DNA of 64,000 nt from Octopus bimaculoides (Eukaryota). Each line of letters opens with the position of its first letter. Position 1 is the stretch's first letter. Under the pieces are notes generated by a model that was not told where the DNA came from, searched no databases, and worked only from the letters and a program-made list of their open reading frames with translations. The position numbers and the translations under genes were made by a program. Positions 1 through 11,334 of this stretch are shown piece after piece. Location of the stretch: contig NC_069005.1 in assembly GCF_001194135.2 (NCBI RefSeq), positions 21,429,349 to 21,493,348 on the forward strand. Direction: 5' to 3'.

Positions 1-419
1 TTTATGATAGACAGCTATCATGCAGAAAATGCCAGCTTCCAAATCCTGTTTTCTGGTTAGGTAAAATTGATTACCTCATCAGTGCTGGTGCCACATAAAA
101 GCACTCAGTCCACTCTGTAAAGTGGTTGGCATTTGGAAGGGCATCCAGCTGTAAAAACCCTGCCAAAACAGACAGTAAAGCTTGGTGCAATCTTCTAGCT
201 TGTCAGTTCCTGTCAAACTGTCCAACCTATACCAGCATCAAAAACTGATATTAAGTAATGATGATGATGATACCGATGCCAATGACTTATTAGACATTTA
301 GACATTTCTACTACAAGTTTCAGGCAGCCAGGGAACCTCAGTCTTTGTCAGTACCGTCTGAGAGTGTTCGTGATTCTGAACAAGTGCTGTTATGGGTAAG
401 GCTGGAAGTCTTCACTTAC

Positions 420-443
420 CTCTGTTAAAGAAAAAGTCTTTTT
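420..443 (-). CDS. Candidate 24-nt antisense micro-exon (KKTFSLTE or xKDFFFNR)
   Basis: Minus acceptor ttttcttttttttacatag and donor GAG|gtaagt. Confidence 0.28.
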
Positions 444-770
444 CTATGTAAAAAAAAGAAAAAACATTGAAAGCTCAATATATAACTGGTATTTATTTTA
501 TTGATCTGAAAAAAGTGTTATCCTTAGTAGGATTTGAACTTAGAACGTTGGAGAATAAAACTGAATATGGTTAGATATTAAAACCAATATTCTACTGCTA
601 CTCTGTGGCTTTTCTAGTATAAATATCTTTGGTCAGTAAAATAATGTACTAGAGTGAATTTAATATACTATACACCTGCCTTTATGTTACTGTTAGAAAT
701 AAATATTTTGCATATCATATATTGCTACCCATGGCACTGAACAACACAGGAAGACTTAAAGCTAAAAGCT

Positions 771-1220
771 AATCATCATCATCATCATCATTGTTTAACG
801 TCCGCTTTCCATGCTAGCATGGGTTGGACGATTTGACTGAGGACTGGTGGACCAAGTGGCTACACCAGGCTCCAATCTGATTTGGCAGAGTTTCTACAGC
901 TGGATGCCCTTCCTAACGCCAACCACTCCGAGAGTGTAGTGGGTGCTTTTACATGTCACCGGCACGAAGGCCAGTCAGGCAGTACTGGCAACAGCCATGC
1001 TCGAAATGGTGTATTTTACGTGCCACCTGCACAGGAGCCAGTCCAGCAGCAGTACTGGCAACGATCTCGCTCGAATGTCTTTTCACGTGCCACTGGCACA
1101 AGTGCCAGGAAGGTGACGTTGGTAACGATCACACTCAAATGGTGCTATTTACGTGCCACCGGCACGGAAGACAGACAGCTGGTGCTCTAGCAACGATCAC
1201 GCTCGGACCTGCTGTAATAT
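771..1220 (-). mobile_element. RTE-tail-related short retroposon with (ATG)n tail
   Basis: Near-identical copies at 41425-41770 (-), 45003-45190 (-), 50495-50945 (+) and 53830-53945 (-). Confidence 0.9.
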
Positions 1221-1257
1221 TTGACATTTTAAAAGACATTTTGGAAATAATTTGTAG

Positions 1258-1672
1258 ACTGTGCTGGTATGGTCATATGATGCATATGGACAAGACACCT
1301 CCTGATCTCTATCTGTGGAGGGAACCTGTGGAAGAGGTAGACCCAAGAAGACATGGGATGAGGTGGTTAAGTATGATCTTCAGATGTTGAGTCTCATGGA
1401 GGTGATGACAAGTGACTGAGACCATTGGTGATTTGCTGTGCTTGAGAAGACATATCAAGCTAAGTGAAATTGTTGTGGCCAGTACTGGTGTTATGTAAAA
1501 GGCACCCATACACTCTGTGGAGTGGGTGGCATTATGAAGGGCATCCAGCAATAAAAACCAAACCAAACCAGGCTGGAGCCCGGGGTAGCTCTCTAGCTTT
1601 ATCAGCCCCAGTCAAACTGCCCAACCCATGCCAACATGGAAAACAGATACTAGAAGAAGATGATGATGATGA
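1258..1672 (+). mobile_element. RTE LINE 3' fragment
   Basis: LCWYGHMMHMDK..EGTCGRGRPKKTWDEVVK and an (ATG)n tail. Confidence 0.75.
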
Positions 1673-2649
1673 TAATAAGGAGGAGGAGGAGGGGTTATTT
1701 ATTTATTTTACAGCATATCATTAACCAAACGTTTATTTGTTTATATTTCCACTCCTCATTTGTTGAAAATAATTGATAAAGAAAAGAAATTTCGTGTCCC
1801 AAGAGCATTTTTGAGTTTGAAACAGCAACCATACAGTTGTAATATTTCACTTGCATGATCTAAAAGTGAACCATTTTATATTTGAATGCTAGGCTTCCTC
1901 TAGCTAGTTGCACTTAAAAAACGATCCTTTTGTTCTTCATGTGAGATTTTGTTAGAGTCTCCACTTACATAATTCTTTTTCTCTGATGAAATTTTAGAAA
2001 GCATAAATTATTATACTTTTATTTCATCTAAACTTAAGCTTACTGGTAAAGATGGTTAATTTATTTTTAATGTTTTCTTCTTTTAGCAAGATTTATTTAT
2101 TTATTTATTTATTTATTATTTATTATTTTCTTTTTGTTTCCTTATAATTTCAGTTTACACTTGTTATGAATAACATAACCATATGATATGATATAATACG
2201 CATAAACTGTAAAAACTAATTCAACTATATTGATCGTTTTGTTTTAACTACATGTAAAGCCTATTTCTGTAAACAAAAGGTACGGTCAGTAGAGTTGACT
2301 TAGGAATATGACCAATGTTTATTTAACCACCCCCACCTCAGTATATATATACAGAGAGCCATTGTAAAACATTTCATATTACAAAATAATCGATCCAGTG
2401 TTCTGTCATTTCTGCTAACATTTCAAACTATTCAAATATATTGACGGAATATGCGATCATTCTTTGCAGTAATGTATTCAATAATCAAAAAGTAGTAGGT
2501 GTAGGTATGGCTGTGTGCATGAGAAGCTTACTTCCCAACTACATGGTTCCAGGTTCAGTCCTACTGCGTGGCACGCTGGGCAAGTGTCTTCTATAGCCCC
2601 TGGCTGACCAAAGCTTTATGAGTGGATTACGTAGGCAGAAACTGAAAAC

Positions 2650-3100
2650 AGGCGGCAAGCTGGCCGAAACGTTAGCACGCCGGGCGAAATGCTAAGCAGT
2701 ATTTTGTCCACCTTTACGTTCTGAGTTCAAATTCTGCCGAGGTCGACTTTGCCTTTCATCCTTTCGGGGTCGATAAATTAAGTACCAGTTATGCACTGGA
2801 GTTGATGTAATCGACTTAATACCTTTGTCTGTCCTTGTTTGTCCCCTCTACGTTTAGCCCCTTGTGGGCAATAAACATATCAGAATCATTAGCATGCCAG
2901 GTGAAATGATTAGCGGTATTTCGTCTGCAGTTACATTCTGAGTTCAAATTCTGCCGAGTTCAACTTTGCCTTTCATCCTTTCGGGGTCGATAAATTAAGT
3001 GCCAGTTACGCACTGGGGTCGATCCAATCGACTTAATCCCTTTGTCTGTCCTTGTTTGTCCCCTCTATGTTTAGCCCCCTGTAGGCAATAAAGAAATAAG
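2650..3100 (+). mobile_element. Head-to-tail dimer of a third tRNA-derived SINE nested in a CORE-SINE
   Basis: Two aggcggcaagctggc...gagttcaaattc units; flanked by agaaactg(a/c)aaac; host SINE spans about 2497-3130. Confidence 0.85.
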
Positions 3101-3227
3101 AAACTGCAAACAAAATCTGTTTGTGTGTGTGTGTGTGTATTAATGTTTGCTTTTATATTCAGTTACAATAAAAACAATTTTACATTAATCTGATGGTTTA
3201 CTCTACACTTTTGTAGAGTACAAATTT

Positions 3228-3365
3228 ATTATTCTTATACAAGAATGTTGTTGACAGTGACTCCGAAGTTTCAGCCAGCTAAGCCATCATCAGACTGCCC
3301 AACAATGGCTTAGCTGGCCGAAACTTCAACGTCATTGTCAACAACATTCTTGTATAAGGATATTA
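3228..3365. repeat. Palindromic foldback element (about 55-bp arms)
   Basis: cttatacaagaatgttgttgacagtgac...gctaagccat versus atggcttagc...gtcattgtcaacaacattcttgtataag. Confidence 0.9.
3253..3299 (-). ncRNA. Minimal type-I hammerhead ribozyme motif
   Basis: Minus strand GGCAGU-CUGAUGA-u-GGC(uuagcug)GCU-GAAAC-uucgga-GUC-ACUGUC: stem I of 6 bp, intact core, GUC cleavage triplet. Confidence 0.65.
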
Positions 3366-5488
3366 AGTGTGTATGTTTGTGTGTGTGTGTGTGTGTGCAT
3401 GCATGCATGTGTGCATGTCTGTGTCCATGTGTATGTGTGAGTTGGTGTCTCATCTTGATATCACATAATAGTTGTTAATCAAATGTAAAACATGTCTGGC
3501 CATGGAGAAATATTACCTTACTTGGAAACAGGTGAGGGTTCGAAACAAGAAGAGCATCCAGCCACAGAAAACTTACTTCAACAAATTCCATCCACACATG
3601 TGAGCATGGAAAAGTAGACATTAAAATGATGATGATGATGTTGATGAAGTCATTAATTGATATCTGGTTGCAGACATGGCTTGTAAGTAAGTTAAGAAGT
3701 TCTCTTGGCAACCACACAGTTCAGGTGTGATTTCACTGCATGGTACCTTAGGCAAATGTCTTCTGCCATAGTCTTGGTCTGACCAATATCTTATGAGGGA
3801 AATTTGATTGGAGGAAATTTTTCAGTTGTCTATTATAAATATGTGTAGATTGGTGTAAAATTTGTGCATCTTTGCCACTCAACAAAAAGAGATTGGTGAA
3901 ATAATTAAATTATTGCAGTGGAATTAATGGACTAAAAGCCTTGAGGATGGTGCTCTGGCATGACCACAATCCAATGAGTAATAAACAATTTTAGAAAAAA
4001 AAAAAAAAAGAATATTACTATAATTCTTAGGCAAGATGGCACATCATTCAGTACCCTTTTGATCATCTTCAGAATTACCTTTAAACCCTTTAGCATTAAA
4101 ATTGGCCATATCCGGCCCAAATATTCTATGTATTTTATGTTCAAACTGGCCAGATCCAGCCTTTCACCCCTACCCTACAGTGCCATTCTAAAAATGAACA
4201 ATCACATCATTGAAATCTTGAAGCTACAAGATAATACATGATTAATTTTTTTTTTTTTATGTGGATAAATGAGCATTATAATTAATAAATTAATCTAAAT
4301 GCTAACGAGTTTAAGACACTGAGGGAGAGCTTGTGATTTCTATCTTTCTTATATTCTATTTCTAAATCCTGGATGGTTGGCTTTGCTTCACCTTTCTCTG
4401 GGACCAGTAAATTAAGTGCAAGTACTAAACTTGTATTTCTTTTCTGCAAAATTGTCCTTTACATAGTCACAAAACATCAATATATTTGTACACGCTGAAA
4501 AACATGGAGCAGGTTATTAGTTACTATTCGGAGCACTTTGGAATCAAGAGACTACACAATTTACATCCAGCCTTACTGACTCATAACTATTGCATTCTTA
4601 TGTAGAGATCAATGTAAATGTTGGAGACAGAAAATAAAAAGTACATATAAATGGTTGCTGACAATTAAAACAACCCTAACTGCTATACCAACCAGTTCAA
4701 AAATCATCTAAACTAAGTACAATAAATAGACATTAAACTAATTGTTGATGGAAATGATAATCATACTGCTTATGATGATCAAAATGAGTTGCATTTTTTT
4801 CAGTTGTTTGTCTGTTTGGCTTGGAGCTGTGTAGTTCACTTTACACAGACTCACTGTATTTATAATGATTGACCAATAGGACTACTTGGTTTCTGCAGAG
4901 TGTAGAAGACTATGAATAGATTTTTTTCTCTACTTGTTAGTTGTGAAAGGGGTGCATGTGAATATATTGATGGCTTTGTGTTTCTCTCTACTAAACGGAT
5001 GAAACCTGATTAATTTTTTCCTCTTTCTTTCAGTATGTGTATGGATACATATATATATGAGATTTTGTATATGAGCATAAATATACATAAACAGGCATAG
5101 GCATTATATATAAATACATGCATACATATGTGTGTGTGTGTGTGTGAGCCCTCAGTCAAATCGTCCAACCCATGCTAGCATGGAAAGCGGACGTTAAACG
5201 ATGATGATGATGATGATGATGATGATATATGTGTTCATATAATGATATCTACACAATGTATTGGTGAGATAAAACATGTAATCGTTACCGAAATAGCAAA
5301 AATTTGTCCACAAAGGTCTATAGTAAACTCCTTATGGATCGATCTCCTTGGTTATATATCAAAAATTTAAATGAGAGTTTTGACGCTAATATCCATTATT
5401 ATTGAAGTTTATTACCTTATGTCAACATTTCTGTATAAAGTCAAATTCAACTCTCAATTCAAGTTAAATACATATGTTTTCTCCGTAT

Positions 5489-5525
5489 TCTTTCTGTTGA
5501 AGAGCGTAGCTCGAAACGTTAAAGA
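5489..5525 (+). ncRNA. Minimal hammerhead variant (core CUGUUGA) in a Penelope-like end
   Basis: UCUUU-CUGUUGA-a-GAGC(gua)GCUC-GAAAC-GUU-AAAGA; loopless palindromic stem III (AACGUU), as in dimer-acting minimal hammerheads. Confidence 0.5.
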
Positions 5526-7144
5526 CTTTCTGTATTCCCAAGCGTCAAACTAATACATCCTTTTGTTGTCTACACCACCTGTCCTCATCTGTTGTTTTTT
5601 TCGTAAATTCTCCCATATATATTAAGAGGTGTGTGTGTATGTATTCATTTCACACTCAGGCACTCTTCTAGTCACTAACTCTTATCAATTTTTTCAAGTA
5701 AGGGGTCCTTTTTATTCTACAGGTCTTCAACAGTGTAGAGTGGCTAGTCATAATGTCGGAAAGAAGTACCAACATCAGCACCACTTCACTCAAGGAGTGA
5801 TAAGCATGAAATGCAAACACTCAAGCATATTTGTGTGCACACATGCACGTGCACACACACACACACATCTAAGCACTCTATCTCACCTGTTATAATACAC
5901 CTATTTAATGTTTATTGTAACAATTGTTCAACCACAGGTCATCCCTGATTAAGCAGACTCGTGACACAATTGTTATTGCTGTTTAGCCCTAGGTTAACCT
6001 TGGTTAAGTAGACTTATGATCAAAAGCATTCCAGCTATGCTTTTCTTTTTTTATATACATTTATTTCTATATATACTTACTTGTCTCAGTTGTTAGGGTG
6101 GTGGAATGATTTGAACGAGATTTGGTTGCTATTTCTAGCGGATCAAGTGACCACATAGAGACTCTTTTGTTGGTTTGTAGTTATTCAAATGACTCATGAC
6201 CCACAGAGCTATTGTTCCAGCAATACCGTACAGATAGGCATGTAGTAGTTTGTTGTACGGAGTTCAGGACATGTTGCTTTTTTCACTGTCCAGTCTGTTT
6301 TAGCAAGCAACCACCACCACCACCTGCTTGTGACCCGCTGCTCAGCTTCAGGCCAGTCATGACTTATGACTTATGATTTATGATCAAGGGTATTCCATCT
6401 GTGACTATCCAGTCTTTTATATCTGTGAGATCAGTCACTTGTTCTGTCAAACCAGATATGCTGTTTTTGGAAAAAGGACACTATTCTTTGAATAGTGTGG
6501 TTCTCTAGACCCTGTCTCATCCTCATCACCATTTAACATCCACTTTTCCATACTTGTAAGGATCAGACAGAATTTGATAAGGCAGATTTTTCTATGGCTG
6601 GATGCCCTTCCTATCACCAACCTGCATCTGTTTCCAATCAAGGAAATATTTTCCTGTGCCCTGACACATTTTCCATGGAAGGCTGGACACAAACAGCACC
6701 ACTTGCATAACGGTAATACTCATGTACTACCATCAGATGATGTAGATAAGGGAACACCCACATGTGCGCATGTGACAGACTTCTTTCTATCACATTGTTG
6801 GGAAGCGAACTTAAACATTTGACCAACACAGAAATTATAGATTATTTTGACATGATCATTCAATGAATATCCCTCTAAATAAAAGTTTATACAAAAAACA
6901 GTAAAATATGTTGTTCTATTTTGGCATAGTCTTTTAACTTTTGTGCTTACTCTTTTACTTGTTTCAGTCATTTGACTGCGGCCATACTGGAGCACCGCCT
7001 TTATAGTCGAGCAAATCGGCCCCAGGACTTATTCTTTGTAAGCCTAGTACTTATTCTCTTGGTCTCTTTTGCCAAACCGCTAAGTTACAGGAATGTAAAC
7101 ACACCAGCATCGGTTGTCAAGCGATGCTGGGGGGACAAACACAA

Positions 7145-7177
<33 letters not shown>

Positions 7178-7543
7178 CATATATATGACAGGCTTCTTCC
7201 AGTTTCCATCTACCAAATCCACTCACAAGGCTCTGGTCGGCTCGAGGCTATAGTAGAAGACACTTGCCCAAGGTGCCACGCAGTGGGACTGAACCCGGAA
7301 CCATGTGGTTGGTAAGCAAGCTACTTACCACACAGCCACTCCTGTGCCTATCTGTTTACTAAAAGTTTCTTAAAAATTCTTTCCCCAATGCAGTTTTATG
7401 AAATTTCAACTTATCGTGACACCTAACAAACACTCATAAACATAGTTTTGACATCATTATGATTATCATAATCATTGTAATTTTCCGCCATTGGCTTGCC
7501 CTGTATTGTCATCATAAATTTTCACTGGTTTTCTTTTATTCAG

Positions 7544-7654
7544 GCCTCTTATCATGTAGTGTTCTTTGGTAAAAAAGTTTCCCGAGCCTGGGTTCCCTTA
7601 GCCTGTATAAAGCCCTTTGAGAAAGGTCACAGTCCTCCAGCATCTTATGAAAAT
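7544..7654 (+). CDS. ZCWPW1: ZCWPW1-like exon, C-terminal half of PWWP domain (ASYHVVFFGKKVSRAWVPLACIKPFEKGHSPPASYEN)
   Basis: Acceptor ttttcttttattcag and donor AAT|gtgagt; 111 nt, phase 0-0, open. YHVxFFGxxVSRAWV matches, from memory, the ZCWPW1 PWWP motif YHVTFFGETVSRAWI better than NSD or MSH6 PWWP domains. Confidence 0.85.
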
Positions 7655-7778
7655 GTGAGTATAAGAATATAATGGCTATTTTGTTCTAATATGTTTGTTT
7701 TATCTTCTATCTTTTACTCATTTCACTCAGTGGGTACAGTGATGCGTAGAGGAGAGATATGATGATGAAGGGCTAGGG

Positions 7779-8060
7779 TAGTGGTTCCCAAGTTTTTTGG
7801 GGGGCTGCCACTCCCTTGACACCCAGACCACATTCCTAGCACTCCTCACCACAAATATAGACCGATTCCTGTATTAAATTCAAAACAACTGTATTTCACA
7901 AAAAGGACTTAACCTAATTAACCCATTATTTTGTTATTTTCACATCCATTGCCCCTTTTGGTCACCCCATTACTGCCCACTTTCCTTCAACACCGCCCTC
8001 AATTTTTCCACTGCCCCTAGGATGGGGTGGGGGAAGTACTGCCCACTTTGGGAACCACTG
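7779..8060. mobile_element. hAT-type MITE in the ZCWPW1-like intron
   Basis: tagtggttcccaa / ttgggaaccactg TIRs. Confidence 0.8.
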
Positions 8061-8307
8061 ATCTAACGCATGCCGATATGGCCTACACCATCACTGGGTT
8101 CAGCTCCTCAATCACCATTAACACTTTGTTTCCCTTCTTTCCTTCACACTAATTTCCCACATCACTCTACCCATTTTCCTCTCTTTTATTTCTATTTCTA
8201 AACTTTCACAATAAATTTCTTCCACTGATCTTGGGAGCTGTCTTTTTGTCTTGTAAGCAGGAAGGCTGACAGCAAGGCAACTTCTACAGTGGTGGTGCCA
8301 CAGAAAA

Positions 8308-8346
<39 letters not shown>

Positions 8347-8707
8347 GGATCCTATTGAACTACCTTACTCATGCCAGCATGGAAAACACACATAAAATGA
8401 TGATGGTGGTGGTGGATTTGGCAATGGTTGTGGCAGTGATGCTAATGAGGATGAGAGAGTGAGTGTGTGTATGTGTGTGCAATCATTAAAATAGCATATT
8501 AAATAGATAAGCTATAAAAATTCTTGTTATCTATCTTTTTTAATTTCTTTTTATTATTATCTTATGTTTCTGAGGACATGCTTCCTGTCAACATTTCTCT
8601 CTGCTAATAACTCCTGTTTTCGTTGTACTCTTAAACTTTATTTTTTTTTCTTCTTTCATTTCATTTCTGGATTTTAAGTAAACATTTTTCCTCCACCTCA
8701 CCCACAG

Positions 8708-8782
8708 GTTAAATACTCCCTGACTGATCAGAGAACTGAAGCAATAAAATCAGCAAATGAAGCTAATGAGTTTGATCTGAAA
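8708..8782 (+). CDS. ZCWPW1: ZCWPW1-like exon (VKYSLTDQRTEAIKSANEANEFDLK), post-PWWP helix
   Basis: Pyrimidine tract plus cccacag acceptor, AAA|gtaagt donor; 75 nt, phase 0-0. AIxxAxEA resembles the ALxxAxEA helix following the ZCWPW1 PWWP domain. Confidence 0.8.
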
Positions 8783-8982
8783 GTAAGTTACATAATCAGC
8801 ACACAAACAATTAATCATGAATTTTTATTTTTTTCTGTTTTAATATTGGATATTATTTCACATTGATATTGTTAGAATGAAACTGTAGTGTTGCATCTGC
8901 AAGGCAAGAGTATTTTGTAAAAGCAGTTCTTCTGACATGGACAGAGGTTGCAAGTAAATATATGAAATAAATATATACATTA

Positions 8983-9383
8983 GGCGCAGGAGTGGCTGTG
9001 TGGTAAGTAGCTTGCTTACCAACCACATGGTTCTGGGTTCAGTCCCACTGCGTGGCACCTTGGGCAAGTGTCTTCTACTATAGCCTCGGGCCGACCAAAG
9101 CCTTGTGAGTGGATTTGGTAGACGGAAATTGAAAGAAGCCCGTCGTATATATATGTATATGTGTGTATATGTTTGTGTGTCTGTGTTTGTCCCCCCAACA
9201 TCGCTTGACAACCGATGCTGGTGTGCTTACGTCCCCGTAACTTAGCGGTTTGGCAAAAGAGACCGATAGAATAAGTACTAGGCTTCCAAAGAATAAGTCC
9301 TGGGGTCGATTTGCTCAACTAAAGGCGGTGCTCCAGCATGGCCGCAGTCAAATGACTGAAACAAGTAAAAGAGTAAAAGAGTA
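8983..9383 (+). mobile_element. CORE-type tRNA-derived SINE (full length)
   Basis: ggcgcaggagtggctgtgtggtaag head, ccttgggcaagtgtctt CORE-like block, gtaaaaga tail. Copies at 6950-7330 (-), 22100-22410 (-), 36870-37260 (+), 51269-51648 (+), 56385-56650 (+) and 60700-61078 (-). Confidence 0.9.
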
Positions 9384-9692
9384 TTAGCTTCATGTAATGT
9401 AAGAGAGAACGAGAGAGAGAGAGAGAGAGATTTGAGTAGAGGGTTGTATATATACACATAAGGGTTTTTTTTTTTTATTTATGATTTGACTCCATGCTTT
9501 TCTGTTTGTGAAAGTGAATGCATTTAATTAATGTTGACACAGTATATTACTTAATTCTATATAAGAATATATTTCTAGCCTCACTCTATAAATTGCAGTT
9601 GTAACCCCTAGAGGGAACAGATGAGTCTGGCAACATAAAGATAGTGATTTTAATCTGGTTGGATCTCAATGAAGTATAGTCATGTTTGTTAC

Positions 9693-9724
9693 CTCAGCTG
9701 GACTGTCTGTATATTGGTCTATAT
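9693..9724 (-). CDS. Candidate antisense exon (D)IDQYTDSPAE
   Basis: Minus acceptor ccttttttttttag, donor GAG|gtaaca; only the phase 1-0 frame is open; phase-compatible with 9842-9901 across a 117-nt intron. Confidence 0.45.
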
Positions 9725-9841
9725 CTAAAAAAAAAAGGATTATCTTGTGGTGTAGTGTTGATAATTAGCATATGAAAAAATTAACTATCACAACACAGAG
9801 CATATGAGGTAATTAATTCCATATAACAATATACTGCTAAC

Positions 9842-9901
9842 CTTGCTGTGACCCACTTGGGTCAAATCTGTAATCTGTCAGTTGTCGATGTTGTATTTTC
9901 T
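9842..9901 (-). CDS. Candidate antisense exon (x)KIQHRQLTDYRFDPSGSQQ
   Basis: Minus acceptor ttttcttcttacag, donor AAG|gttagc; 60 nt; only the phase 1-1 frame is open. Confidence 0.45.
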
Positions 9902-10396
9902 CTGTAAGAAGAAAACTGTCTTCTTTTTAGGTCAAGGCTAAAAATGATATTCTTATATTGAGTTAATTAATTTATGTTCTCTATATGTTGTGCAATTTTT
10001 TTTTCAGGCTGTTAATATTGTTTAATTGTGGCTCAGGCAAAGGACCAAGTGCAAGGCCTCTGATCCTGAAGCACTTTCTGTTTTTACATAGTCTCCAACA
10101 CTGGCTGCAGAAAATGAGAAAGAAGCTGCACATCAAGGGGTAACTACAGATAAAGGACCAGGTCTGGACACTTAGACTAGTGTGTACTCTGCTAAAGGCA
10201 CTAGGTGATGGTGGCGGTATTGGTCTAGATCAGTGGTTCTCAACTGGGATCCATATGACCCCAGGGATGCAGTGTGTGTGTGTAGGGGGGGCATATAGGA
10301 TTCTGTGGGGTCCAAACAAGCAAAATAGTAAATTGGGGATCTACAACAGTATTTTAGGGTTTCATGAAAAAATCTCTCTCATTCATTGCCTTACAT

Positions 10397-10780
10397 GGAG
10401 GCGCAATGGCCCAGTGGTTAGGGTAGCGGACTCGTGGTCATAGGATCGCGGTTTCAATTCCCAGACCGGGCGTTGTGAGTGTTTATTGAACGAAAACACC
10501 TAAAGCTCCATGAGGCTCCGGCAGGGGATGGTGGCGAACCCTGCTGTACTCTTTCACCACAACTTTCTCTCACTCTTACTTCCTGTTTCTGTTGTGCCTG
10601 TAATTCAAAGGGTCAGCCTTGCCACACTGTGTCACGCTGAATATCCCCAAGAACCACGTTAAGGGTACACGTGTCTGTGGAGTGCTCAGCCACTTGTATG
10701 TTAATTTCACGAGCAGGCTGTTCCGTTGATCAGATCAACTGGAACCCTCGACGTCGTAAGCGACGGAGTGCCAACAACAA
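10397..10780 (+). mobile_element. tRNA-derived SINE (second family) with 13-bp TSD, inserted in a hAT MITE
   Basis: A/B boxes tggcccagtgg and ggtttcaattcc; (aca)n tail; TSD cattgccttacat. Copies at 20806-21150 (-), 25567-25950 (+) and 29890-30200 (+). Confidence 0.9.
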
Positions 10781-10977
10781 CATTGCCTTACATAGTTCAA
10801 CATGTTTCCAGCCACTATTGCAAACCTTCACAGGTGAATGGGTGAAAAGCAGGAATTTTAAAAGAAGTATCTGTAAACTAGTTCTTAAACAATGAATGGC
10901 TATGGGGGTCCACCAGAGTAAAATGCTAATTGAAGAGGTTCATAGGCAAAAAATGGTTAGGGACTCTTGATCTAGGT

Positions 10978-11334
10978 CAGTGGTTCTCAACTGGGGTCCA
11001 TATGGCCTCTGAGGGTCCATATAAGATTTTGTGGGGTCCATGCAGCAAAATAGTAAATTGGGGATCCACGATAGTATTTCAAGGTTCAAGGGCCCCTGAA
11101 AAAATTTTGTTTTAGATGTATGTATTGGTATGTATTGCAAGAAACAGCTAGGTTTCTTTCTCTATCATTTTACATAGTTCAACCTACACAAGTTAATGTG
11201 TGAAAAACAAAACAGGAATTTTGAAAGAAGCATCTTTAAAGTTAGTTCTTATACATTGAATTACTATGGGAGTCCACCAGAATAAAATAGTAATCAAAGG
11301 GGGTCCAAAGATAAAAAATTGTTGAGAAACCCTG
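10978..11334. mobile_element. hAT-type MITE
   Basis: cagtggttctcaac / gttgagaaaccctg TIRs and a perfect 8-bp TSD atctaggt; a sister copy lies at 10231-10969. Confidence 0.9.

Noticed and set aside
324-395. + strand candidate exon AAREPQSLSVPSESVRDSEQVLLW
   Set aside because: It has splice signals, but the CW and N-PWWP exons that should follow are absent before 7544, and there is no homology.
882-1390. ORFs 882-1190 and 953-1390, and similar ones at 41528 and 41589
   Set aside because: They lie in the multicopy RTE-tail repeat and are not host genes.
10092-10139. + strand candidate exon SPTLAAENEKEAAHQG
   Set aside because: It is phase-compatible but would split the conserved EFDLK-TRLN junction, and the splice sites are mediocre.
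10397-10470. tRNA-like A/B-box heads
   Set aside because: They are SINE 5' ends continuing into SINE bodies, not tRNA genes.
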